The notes under the pieces were generated by a model. It had not been told where the DNA came from, made no database searches, and worked only from the letters and a program-made list of their open reading frames with translations. This document shows positions 6,667 through 13,648 of a stretch of DNA of 41,704 nucleotides, piece after piece (position 1 is the first letter of the stretch; each line of letters opens with the position of its first letter). Made by a program: the position numbers and the translations under genes. This stretch comes from a virus. The DNA is taken from positions 1-41,704 of IMG/VR virus record IMGVR_UViG_3300045988_041287, one strand, 5' to 3'.

Positions 6667-7194
6667 TTACTCCACGATCGCCAGCAGCAGCCTCCGCAGC
6701 TCGTCCGTCCCCGTCTCCGGGGCGATCAGCCCCACCAGCATAAACCCCGCCTTCGCCGCGATCATCTCCCGGCATCCCGCCGGAGCGCGCAGCGTCAGCT
6801 CCACGTTTTCATATTCCGCAAGGATCGGCGCGAGCAGCGCCCTGTCTGCCCAGCGTACCCCGACGCCCGGCACGACCAGCGGCATTAGCTCCCGACCCAT
6901 GTAGTTCACGCTCACGCTCTGCCGCACAGCAGCTTTTTCTCCGTCTGCCGTATCCAAAAAGCAGATAGAGGGCGGCGCTTCCCGCTCCCGAATGCGCATG
7001 GCGTCCTTCTGCTTGTCGTTCAGCTCCAGCAGGCTCGGCAGATTCTCCGCCCGCAAATGCGGCAGCCCATCCACCGGGTACAGCGCCCGCCCGTCCGTGA
7101 TCCACTGCTGCACGCACCCGGAGCGATCTGTGTAGTTCACCAGCTCTGCCCAGCCCTCCTGCTTGCAGAGCTGCGCGATCTTCTTGATCTTCAT
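6667..7194 (-). CDS. Hypothetical protein, 175 aa
   Basis: Frame trimmed to MKIKKIAQLCK, which has an ATGA overlap with the upstream ORF. Confidence 0.65.
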   Translation of the reverse strand: MKIKKIAQLCKQEGWAELVNYTDRSGCVQQWITDGRALYPVDGLPHLRAENLPSLLELNDKQKDAMRIREREAPPSICFLDTADGEKAAVRQSVSVNYMGRELMPLVVPGVGVRWADRALLAPILAEYENVELTLRAPAGCREMIAAKAGFMLVGLIAPETGTDELRRLLLAIVE

Positions 7195-7475
7195 TCCTCT
7201 CCGCGCTCCTTCCGCAGTGTCCCGACGTCGATCGCCACCGCCGTCGAAGCCGCCACGATCTGATCCGCGATCTCGCACCCCTTCTCCCCGATCACCGGGC
7301 GCATCGCCTGCGCGATCATCTGCATCGCCGCCACAAAGATCGGCAGATCGTCCCACATCGTCGCGTTGACCATCGCATTCAGAAATGCTCCATAGTGCGC
7401 AAGCCCCGCCTGCATCGCTTTGGCGGCAGCTTCGCGATCCTTCGCCTTGCAAATTCTCTCCGCGTAACTCATCAT
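7191..7475 (-). CDS. Hypothetical protein, 94 aa
   Basis: Trimmed to MMSYAERI, which has an AAAGGAG RBS. Confidence 0.6.
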   Translation of the reverse strand: MMSYAERICKAKDREAAAKAMQAGLAHYGAFLNAMVNATMWDDLPIFVAAMQMIAQAMRPVIGEKGCEIADQIVAASTAVAIDVGTLRKERGEE

Positions 7476-7486
7476 GTTTTCTCCTT

Positions 7487-7726
7487 TCACCACGGGTAGC
7501 TGATCGCATCCCGTACACTTTCAATGGGTACAGACAGATTCCGCAGCAGCCTCAGCGCCTTGTCCATGTACGCCGTCGGCTTGTCGAATACGCGGTAAAG
7601 CGTCTGCTGGCAGCACCCGGCGTATTCACACGCCTTGCTGATCGGCACGTTCTGCGCCGCGATCTCCCCGCGTATCATGCACCGCAGCTTGTAGTCCGTC
7701 CCGCGCTCCACGCGCTGCTTCGGCAT
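7487..7726 (-). CDS. Small putative DNA-binding (HTH) protein
   Basis: ORF track; the segment ISKACEYAGCCQQTLYRVF resembles an HTH. Confidence 0.5.
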   Translation of the reverse strand: MPKQRVERGTDYKLRCMIRGEIAAQNVPISKACEYAGCCQQTLYRVFDKPTAYMDKALRLLRNLSVPIESVRDAISYPW

Positions 7727-7745
7727 TTCCGTCTCTCCCCCCCCC

Positions 7746-8180
7746 TCACCAATTCACACACAATTCAAAGTCCGTGACCTCGAACCCATCCGCACCATCC
7801 CCGGCTTCCCGCCCATAGGCTTCCCCCTTGAGGGGGAAGCTGTCAGCCGCAGGCTGACTGATGAGGGTGGAGTTCTCGTCTCCGAGCTGCCCCGCGTTTC
7901 CGCCCTCGTCCAGATAGTTCCTCCCGAACTCCCGCACAAAGTCCGCAGTGCTCCATCCCATCCTCTCCATCGCCATCCGCTGCCCGTATTCGTGCAGCGC
8001 CTGCGCCGTTTCGCGGCAGCGGTGTGCCGCCCGCTTACCGCTGATGTGGCAGCTCCCGTGGCAAAGATCCACCACCAGCCCGAGCTTTTCGCTCTTCCGC
8101 CGGTTCGCCCCGCCAAAAATGTGGTGACGATCCAACGGCTCATCCGTCCCGTTCTTCCCGCACAGCCAGCACGTCCGCAT
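7746..8180 (-). CDS. HNH/zinc-finger nuclease-like protein
   Basis: CWLCG...LDRHHIFGGANRRKSEKLGLVVDLCHGSCH follows the pattern CxxC..HH..N..CxxxCH. Confidence 0.55.
   Translation of the reverse strand: MRTCWLCGKNGTDEPLDRHHIFGGANRRKSEKLGLVVDLCHGSCHISGKRAAHRCRETAQALHEYGQRMAMERMGWSTADFVREFGRNYLDEGGNAGQLGDENSTLISQPAADSFPLKGEAYGREAGDGADGFEVTDFELCVNW
7809..7899. repeat. GC-rich hairpin element (A-type) in frame inside the HNH-like gene
   Basis: Near-identical to 6455-6545. Translated as GNAGQLGDENSTLISQPAADSFPLKGEAYGR. Confidence 0.85.
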
Positions 8181-8185
8181 TCATC

Positions 8186-8317
8186 TCACTCCTTCTTCTC
8201 GCCCGCCATGGCGACCATGCCCTGCGCAAAGATCAAAACCTTCTCCCGCGCGTCCTGCGGCAGCTTGTCCAGCTCCCGCGTCAGGCTCTCCGCCTGCTTC
8301 TTCTGTTCCTCTGACAT
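8186..8317 (-). CDS. First small ORF of the leftward early operon, 43 aa
   Basis: Manual translation: MSEEQKKQAESLTRELDKLPQDAREKVLIFAQGMVAMAGEKKE. GAGGTG RBS. Confidence 0.45.
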   Translation of the reverse strand: MSEEQKKQAESLTRELDKLPQDAREKVLIFAQGMVAMAGEKKE

Positions 8318-8496
8318 CCTTTTCACCTCGTTTGCCTTTCGTAGCTCAGAACTTTTTTGTTATTCATTTCATCCCTCGGCTATACGTTATCATAACTCAG
8401 CATCGTTGTCAAGCACATTTTTATTTCTAGGCTATACTTTTTGTTGACTTTCATCGCCTCGCGTGTTAATGTAGTGCCAGAAAGGTGGTGATCCCG
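8318..8496. promoter_or_regulatory. Divergent promoter/operator region of the lysis-lysogeny switch
   Basis: On the plus strand: TTGACT (8444-8449), 17 nt, TAATGT (8467-8472). On the minus strand: TTGACA (8412-8407). GGCTATAC occurs as a direct repeat at 8378-8385 and 8430-8437. Confidence 0.5.
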
Positions 8497-8880
8497 ATGG
8501 GCACGATCAGTGAGCGCATCGCATTTCTTATTAAAGACCAGCATGAAACGCGTACCTCGTTCGCGGAGAAAATCAACTTGAGCCAGCCGTTTGTTTCCGG
8601 CTTGTGCTCTGGCGCGAAGCAGCCCAGCGACCGCACGATCTCGGACATCTGCCGTGTGTTCGGTGTCTCGGTTGCTTGGCTTACAGATGGCGTCGGCGAG
8701 ATGTATGTCCGCCGCAGCGCCAATGAAGAGCTGGCGATCCTCGTCAACGATCTCATGTCCGATGCCGACGAATCCTTCCGCAAGCGGTTCGTTTCCCTCC
8801 TGCTTGCTCTCCCGCCGGAAAGCTGGGCAGCGATCGAGGATTTTGCGAAAAAATTGCAAAAAAACACCGTGGACGATTAA
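8497..8880 (+). CDS. XRE-family CI-like repressor (no S24 peptidase domain)
   Basis: MGTISERIAFLIKDQHETRTSFAEKINLSQPFVSGLCSGAKQPSDRTISDICRVFGVSVAWL is a classic HTH_3. It is transcribed divergently from the early operon. Confidence 0.8.
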   Translation: MGTISERIAFLIKDQHETRTSFAEKINLSQPFVSGLCSGAKQPSDRTISDICRVFGVSVAWLTDGVGEMYVRRSANEELAILVNDLMSDADESFRKRFVSLLLALPPESWAAIEDFAKKLQKNTVDD

Positions 8881-8904
8881 CTCGTCCACGGTGTTTCTCT
8901 TTTC
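8863..8904 (+). terminator. Rho-independent terminator after the repressor
   Basis: Perfect 14-bp stem aacaccgtggacga/tcgtccacggtgtt, loop ttaac, then tctcttttc. An A-run upstream suggests it may work in both directions. Confidence 0.8.
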
Positions 8905-9000
8905 ACCAAAATTCCGTAGCAAAATTTGTTTACTTTTATGCTCCCCGTTATCTGCTCCCCGTGGTAAACTTTTTATATACTTTTTTAATGAGGTTTCACC

Positions 9001-10584
9001 ATGGATTTTTTGACAGATTTCCTTCTGTATTTTTTTATCTCGTTTTGTTGCTACTTACTCGGTGCATTGTCACGTGAGCTTGGCACATTATGCCGCCGCG
9101 CATTCTTTGTTTCTCTGTATGACTGTTTATCCATCGCCTTTCTATTTCTCGGCTTTATCGTCTCTGTTCCCGTGTATCTCCTAACTTCCTGTGAATGCCG
9201 ACGCGCTTCTGCCCAGGCTGAAAAGCGTTCGCAAGCGGAGGTGCATCGTTTGCAGGCAGAAGCGCAGCACACCAAAGACCGCTTGGATGAATATGCCCGT
9301 ACCGAAAAATCCACCCGCGACAAAATTTTCACTGAAGCCTACAAAATCGGCTATGATGATGGGCATAGCAGTGTCGAAGAATATGAAGTAAAAGGTGCAT
9401 ATCGCAACGGTTACCAAGACGGTCACTGTGAATGCTTGTACCGCTGCCGAATGCAGGCGCAGCACTACATTGCGCACTTCCAGTCTACGCCCGCCTTCGA
9501 TGCCGTAAAATCCTACGACTTTTCTGCAAACCCCCGGCTCTATTCCGCCGCCTCTGAACCGATCCGCTACGCAGCCCCGTTTTCTCTTGCTGTCAAAACC
9601 TATGGGGAAGGCGGCATCGTCTACGACACCACGCTGTATTCCTGCACCTGTCCCGATTATCAGTTCCGAAAAGTCCCTTGCAAGCATATGTTTTACCTTG
9701 CTCTTGATTTTGGTCTGCTGGACACATTGGATCATGACGATCTGCGCGACGCGCTCGTAAAAATGCAGACGCAATTTTCCAAACTTCGCAAGCAGCAGGA
9801 GAAAACGACCCGCTCCATCCAGCGTCTCCATGATCTTCAGCAGAACGTCGCCAGCATCTCCGCCCCTGGCAGCTCTGCCATCGAAGTTCCCCGCAACACT
9901 GAGCTGCCTGTGCTCACCGCCAGCCAAGACCGAAAGCGCTGCAAAATGCTGTCCGATTATGAGTATAGTTCCTTGCCTCCTGCCGCACGCTATCAGCTCG
10001 CATTGGAATACGAGCTTGAGCGCAAGAAGAATCGCCCCGAAATTGGCAAAGCATTTGAGCGCTACATCGGATATTGCTGCGAGCAGCGGCAGTATGCCGT
10101 CGTATATAACGGTGCAACGGAGAAAAAGCACGACCTCGGACGCGATCTGATTGCCATCAGCCCCGACCGAAAGACCGTCTATGTGATCCAGTGCAAATAC
10201 TACGCAGCCGATAAAGAAGTCCACGAGAACGCCGTTATGCAGCTTTTCGGCAGCGTTTCCATGTTTGCCGCCACATACCCCGGCGTCTCCGTTTTTGGTG
10301 TCCTGGTCTCCTCCTGCCCGCTCTCAGTAGATGCAAAAAACTGCATTGGTCACTTCAACGCCCTTCGGTATTTTGAGAACATCCACGCCGACCTGCGTCA
10401 CTACCCCGTTGTGAAGTGTGCTACCTCTTCCTCTGGTGCAAAACATTTCTATTTGCCGTTTGATTCCTGCTATGATACCGTCGTCGCCGATCACTACGAA
10501 TTGACCGTTTCCGCCGCAATTTCAAAAGGCTTCATTCGTGCATTGAAGCCCGCAAAACCTGCTACGTCGAATCGGCATATTTAA
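9001..10584 (+). CDS. Membrane-anchored SWIM zinc-finger / Mrr-type (PD-(D/E)xK) nuclease-domain protein
   Basis: Two N-terminal TM helices and coiled coils. SWIM motif CTCPDYQFRKVPCKH at 9643-9687. Mrr_cat-like core GKAFERYIGY...GRDLIAISPDRKTVYVIQCKYY, with QCK at 10189-10197. Lower GC than the flanking sequence. Confidence 0.7.
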   Translation: MDFLTDFLLYFFISFCCYLLGALSRELGTLCRRAFFVSLYDCLSIAFLFLGFIVSVPVYLLTSCECRRASAQAEKRSQAEVHRLQAEAQHTKDRLDEYARTEKSTRDKIFTEAYKIGYDDGHSSVEEYEVKGAYRNGYQDGHCECLYRCRMQAQHYIAHFQSTPAFDAVKSYDFSANPRLYSAASEPIRYAAPFSLAVKTYGEGGIVYDTTLYSCTCPDYQFRKVPCKHMFYLALDFGLLDTLDHDDLRDALVKMQTQFSKLRKQQEKTTRSIQRLHDLQQNVASISAPGSSAIEVPRNTELPVLTASQDRKRCKMLSDYEYSSLPPAARYQLALEYELERKKNRPEIGKAFERYIGYCCEQRQYAVVYNGATEKKHDLGRDLIAISPDRKTVYVIQCKYYAADKEVHENAVMQLFGSVSMFAATYPGVSVFGVLVSSCPLSVDAKNCIGHFNALRYFENIHADLRHYPVVKCATSSSGAKHFYLPFDSCYDTVVADHYELTVSAAISKGFIRALKPAKPATSNRHI

Positions 10585-10643
10585 CAAAAGCACCGCCTGT
10601 CTTTTGTGAATTTGGTGGCGTCACCGAAATGCTACCTCTGGTC

Positions 10644-10679
10644 TAAAGAAAACCGCCGGAGCGCTGACCTGCTCCGGCG
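10644..10679 (-). terminator. Terminator downstream of the 32-aa ORF
   Basis: 9-bp stem cgccggagc/gctccggcg. On the minus strand it is followed by TTTTCTTT. Confidence 0.6.
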
Positions 10680-10685
10680 TTCCCT

Positions 10686-10784
10686 TTACTTCGTCAGATT
10701 CTGTATGAACCTCCACACGATCCATACCGTATCTGCCCGCATTGTCTCCACCAGCTCCACGATCTCACGCTTCTTCTGCTCCAT
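10686..10784 (-). CDS. 32-aa ORF downstream of the LexA-box promoter (MEQKKREIVELVETMRADTVWIVWRFIQNLTK)
   Basis: Strong GGAGAGGAG RBS 6 nt upstream of the ATG, with its own promoter and terminator. Confidence 0.45.
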   Translation of the reverse strand: MEQKKREIVELVETMRADTVWIVWRFIQNLTK

Positions 10785-10821
10785 TGTTTTCTCCTCTCCG
10801 TATGACCCGCACTTATATGTT

Positions 10822-10835
10822 AGAACATACGTTCT
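10822..10835. promoter_or_regulatory. Gram-positive LexA (Cheo/SOS) box overlapping a minus-strand promoter
   Basis: AGAACATACGTTCT matches GAAC-N4-GTTC. It lies in the 17-nt spacer between TTGCAA (10846-10841) and TAACAT (10823-10818) on the minus strand. Confidence 0.55.
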
Positions 10836-10867
10836 GTATTTGCAATTGTGAATCTCTCCAAATCTCT

Positions 10868-10910
10868 GCGGCGGATTTTTACCCCTCCAAAAATCCGCCG
10901 CGTTTTTTGT
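10868..10910 (+). terminator. Strong plus-oriented rho-independent terminator
   Basis: 13-bp stem gcggcggattttt/aaaaatccgccgc, loop acccctcc, then gttttttgt. Confidence 0.75.
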
Positions 10911-10949
10911 GCATCCTGCCACTTTCGCGCTTCCAGATATTGTGTTACC

Positions 10950-11132
10950 CTAGGATAAAGGGGTTTCCTTGCGCTTCGTCTGTGCGCCCATCGCGCACGC
11001 AACGCTCACCCAAACTGGCGAGCCGGAGATGTATTCGATCTTAAAGCCCTGCACATTCTGTATCTCCTGCCCGTCCAGCATCACGCGCACCCGTTCGCCC
11101 TCTGCTTCCACCGTGATCCTTCTCATCTGCAT
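10950..11132 (-). CDS. Hypothetical protein, about 60 aa
   Basis: Frame trimmed to MQMRRITVEAEGERV, which has a GGGGAGG RBS. Transcribed divergently from the XRE/int operon. Confidence 0.5.
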   Translation of the reverse strand: MQMRRITVEAEGERVRVMLDGQEIQNVQGFKIEYISGSPVWVSVACAMGAQTKRKETPLS

Positions 11133-11228
11133 ATCCTCCCCGTCAGCCCGGTCTCCCGCGGCTGTTTTTTGTTCTCGTTTCCTGTACCTATATCGTACCA
11201 GCATCTTCCTGCAAATGTCCATACTCCA

Positions 11229-11279
11229 AATTGCGAATCGCTACCCTGATTTTGAAATACCGTAACCTGAATTGCAAAT
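11229..11279 (+). promoter_or_regulatory. Two AATTGC(G/A)AAT boxes upstream of the XRE-int operon (-35 elements or operators)
   Basis: AATTGCGAAT at 11229-11238 and AATTGCAAAT at 11270-11279, 41 bp apart. Each lies 17 nt upstream of an A/T-rich hexamer. A third, inverted copy sits at 10838-10847 beside the LexA box. Confidence 0.45.
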
Positions 11280-11321
11280 TTCTTATCCTGTTTTTAAAAA
11301 CCTGTTTTGGAGGCGTATATT

Positions 11322-11888
11322 TTGACATCCACGGAGAAGTTGCAGCCCTATTTTGAATCGTATTCACAGAAGATCAAGCAGCGGCGAAATGAACTTGGTA
11401 TGTCCTCGAAAGCGCTCGCCGCAAAGTCCGGCGTCCCGTACTCAAACATCTGCCGCGTCGATACCGGCGCGCAGGCGAACCCGCTGCTCTATAACGCCGC
11501 CGCCACGGCTGACGTTCTGGGTCTCTCGCTGGACGAGCTGTGCGGTCTTACCGTCCCCGAAAAAAATACCGATGAGCTCAAATCCCGCTGCCGAAAGCTG
11601 GAGCTCGAAAACGCCCGCCTTGCAGCCACAAGAGCCGCGCAGCAGGAGCAGATCAAGGCTGTGCATTCCCTCTGCTACGTTCTGGTCTTTTTCTGCGTGC
11701 TGCTCGCGCTGTCTCTTGTCTCCTATCTGCTCATCGATTCGCAGGTCACCGACGCCGGGATCATTCGCGGCGGTAAGCTTTCCGTCGCTGCATGGCTTTT
11801 TATTTCCCTGATCGCCGCCTCCGTCATTTCCATCGGCATCGTGATCCTGCTCATCATCCGCAAAGAACGCAGAAATTCCCCATCGTAA
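11322..11888 (+). CDS. Membrane-anchored XRE-family HTH protein (HTH + coiled coil + 2 TM helices)
   Basis: TTG start at 11322, 8 nt after GGAGG. HTH: RRNELGMSSKALAAKSGVPYSNICRVDTG. C-terminal TM helices: LCYVLVFFCVLLALSLVSYLL and AAWLFISLIAASVISIGIVILLII. Confidence 0.65.
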   Translation: MTSTEKLQPYFESYSQKIKQRRNELGMSSKALAAKSGVPYSNICRVDTGAQANPLLYNAAATADVLGLSLDELCGLTVPEKNTDELKSRCRKLELENARLAATRAAQQEQIKAVHSLCYVLVFFCVLLALSLVSYLLIDSQVTDAGIIRGGKLSVAAWLFISLIAASVISIGIVILLIIRKERRNSPS

Positions 11889-11916
11889 TTCTGTTATCAA
11901 TTCCCGGAGGTATCCC

Positions 11917-12960
11917 ATGAAAGTCCCCGAACCCCGTAAGCTCCCCAGCGGTACATACTTCATCCAGCTCCGCCTCGGCGGGCAGAGCGTCCCCATCTCC
12001 GCCCCCACCCGCCGTGAGTGCATCCAGCAGGCGCAGCTCAAAAAAGCAGAGCACCGCGCCGGTCTCCGCACCACCGCGCCTAAAACTGACCAGACGCTTC
12101 GTCAGATCATGCAGGCATACATTGATGCGCTTCCGCCCGATACATCCCCTTCGACGGTGCGCGGCTACTACATCATTATGGACAATCGTTTCCCATCTGT
12201 AATCGATACGCCCGTCTCACGCATTGACTGGTCGTCTGTGATGGAGGCGCTGACCGCCAAATATTCGCACAAAACCCTCAAAAACACATGGGGTTTTCTC
12301 ACCTCCTGCCTTCGTTCCGCCGGTGTCCCTACCCCAGATGCCAACGTCCCCAAGCAGAAAAAGCAATCCCCTATGCCGCACTTTCTTGAACCCGAACAGA
12401 TTTTGCAAGTGCTTCCGCTCCTGCGCGGAAAAAAATACGAGATTCCCGCGCTGCTTGCCCTGCACTCTCTCCGTCGGTCCGAGATCATGGCGCTCGACTA
12501 TTCCGACATTGATCTCAAAAAGAATACGATAACCGTCCACGGCGCGCTCGTACCTGATAAAAACAATGACCTCGTATACCGGGACGAAAACAAGACGCTG
12601 TCCAGCCAGCGTGTCATTCCCATTATGATCCCACGTCTCGTGGAGGCGATCCGCGAGACCGGGCAAACCTCCGGGCGCATTTGGTCTAAAACCCCCCACG
12701 CTCTGTATCATACTATGGAAAGAGTTTGTGCAGAGCTGGGCATTCCAAACGTAGGCGTCCATGGCTTGCGTCACAGCTTTGCATCCCTTGCCTATCATCT
12801 TCATTTTTCCGAATTGGAGACAATGGAGATCGGCGGGTGGTCGGATCATAACACCATGCGCAAAATCTACACGCACCTTGCGCAGGCGGACCGCCTGAAA
12901 GCGCAAAACCGCATGGCGCAGTTTTATGAAAATGCTAACGAAAATGCTAACGAAAAATAA
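11917..12960 (+). CDS. int: Tyrosine site-specific integrase
   Basis: HGLRHSFASLAY...GWSDHNTMRKIYTHL provides the R..HxxR..Y catalytic signature. Adjacent to attP. Confidence 0.9.
   Translation: MKVPEPRKLPSGTYFIQLRLGGQSVPISAPTRRECIQQAQLKKAEHRAGLRTTAPKTDQTLRQIMQAYIDALPPDTSPSTVRGYYIIMDNRFPSVIDTPVSRIDWSSVMEALTAKYSHKTLKNTWGFLTSCLRSAGVPTPDANVPKQKKQSPMPHFLEPEQILQVLPLLRGKKYEIPALLALHSLRRSEIMALDYSDIDLKKNTITVHGALVPDKNNDLVYRDENKTLSSQRVIPIMIPRLVEAIRETGQTSGRIWSKTPHALYHTMERVCAELGIPNVGVHGLRHSFASLAYHLHFSELETMEIGGWSDHNTMRKIYTHLAQADRLKAQNRMAQFYENANENANEK
12929..12952 (+). repeat. Two tandem copies of AAAATGCTAACG (putative arm-type integrase sites) overlapping the int 3' end
   Basis: Exact 12-mers at 12929-12940 and 12941-12952. 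They encode the ENANENANEK tail of Int. Confidence 0.6.
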
Positions 12961-12984
12961 ATCCCCTGTATTTTCAACGTGTTT

Positions 12985-13025
12985 ACGGCTGCTCAATCAG
13001 GGTTCGAATCCCTCATCCCCTGCCA
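12985..13025 (+). other. Putative attP core: the 3' end of a tRNA gene (T-arm, acceptor strand and CCA), not a complete tRNA
   Basis: cagGGTTCGAATCCctcatcccctgCCA ends at 13025. No complementary 5' acceptor strand or anticodon arm lies upstream. Confidence 0.6.
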
Positions 13026-13032
13026 TAGCACG

Positions 13033-13066
13033 AAAAACCAGCAATCCGTTGCGATTGCTGGTTTTT
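13033..13066. terminator. Bidirectional hairpin terminator next to the tRNA-like core
   Basis: 14-bp stem aaaaaccagcaatc/gattgctggttttt, loop cgttgc. Confidence 0.7.
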
Positions 13067-13139
13067 CCTTATATGTCAATGTTTTCCCAGCTTTTTAGCA
13101 TTATGTTTTCTCATAAAATACTCTGCATTCGCACCCGCA

Positions 13140-13183
13140 AAAATGCTAACGCAGAATACAAAATGCTAACGAAAATGCTAACG
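13140..13183 (+). repeat. Three further copies of AAAATGCTAACG (putative arm-type sites) on the other side of the core
   Basis: Exact 12-mers at 13140-13151, 13160-13171 and 13172-13183. A partial inverted copy (ttttagcatt) is at 13094-13103. Confidence 0.6.
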
Positions 13184-13648
13184 CCCAGCAGCCACGCACC
13201 GATAATATGCCGCGATTTTCTTCTCCGCACCGCCGCCGTCGCAATCCATCAAAAACGCCTTTGCCATCTTTGCGTAATAGTCCGGGCGATCCACGCCGTA
13301 CTCGCGCGCGACCGCGCAATAGTCCGAGTAGATCATGTTCATCGCCGCGTACCACGCCGACGTGCCCAGCGCCTGCGCATCCACGCCGACGCTCCGCGCC
13401 GCCGCTGTCGTCTGCTCCTGCGTCCAGTGCTCGCCCGTGCTGCCGTCCTCGTTTTCCATTTCGGATACCCACGCCCGCGCGTCCGCCTCCGTAAAGGTCT
13501 CCGAGTGCTCGCTGTGCAGCGCGTCCAAGCTGCACAGCAGCCCCGCGATGACGCCTGCCTCCTCGATATGTCCGAGCGTCATCGGCTCGTCGATGAGCTT
13601 GTGCAGCCGCTCGTGGAGCTTGCGCTTGTACTCGCATTTTTCCATCAC
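13178..13648 (-). CDS. Hypothetical protein, 156 aa
   Basis: ORF track; a conserved-looking HWTQEQT...NMIYSDY segment; function unknown. Confidence 0.65.
   Translation of the reverse strand: MMEKCEYKRKLHERLHKLIDEPMTLGHIEEAGVIAGLLCSLDALHSEHSETFTEADARAWVSEMENEDGSTGEHWTQEQTTAAARSVGVDAQALGTSAWYAAMNMIYSDYCAVAREYGVDRPDYYAKMAKAFLMDCDGGGAEKKIAAYYRCVAAGR

Noticed and set aside
8701-8713. A 13-nt match (atgtatgtccgcc) between the repressor gene and the terminal repeat.
   Set aside because: About ten or more chance 13-mer matches are expected among all pairs of positions in a 41-kb sequence, and there is no flanking similarity.
12960-13025. A complete tRNA gene downstream of int.
   Set aside because: Only the T-arm, the 3' acceptor strand and CCA are present. 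The upstream sequence cannot form a 5' acceptor strand (atcccctg is a direct repeat, not complementary) or an anticodon arm. It is interpreted as an attP core.
12929-13183. The tandem and dispersed 12-bp repeats as a CRISPR-like array.
   Set aside because: The repeats are only 12 bp, some copies have no spacer or irregular spacers, and there are no cas genes. The context next to int and the tRNA fragment fits arm-type recombinase sites.
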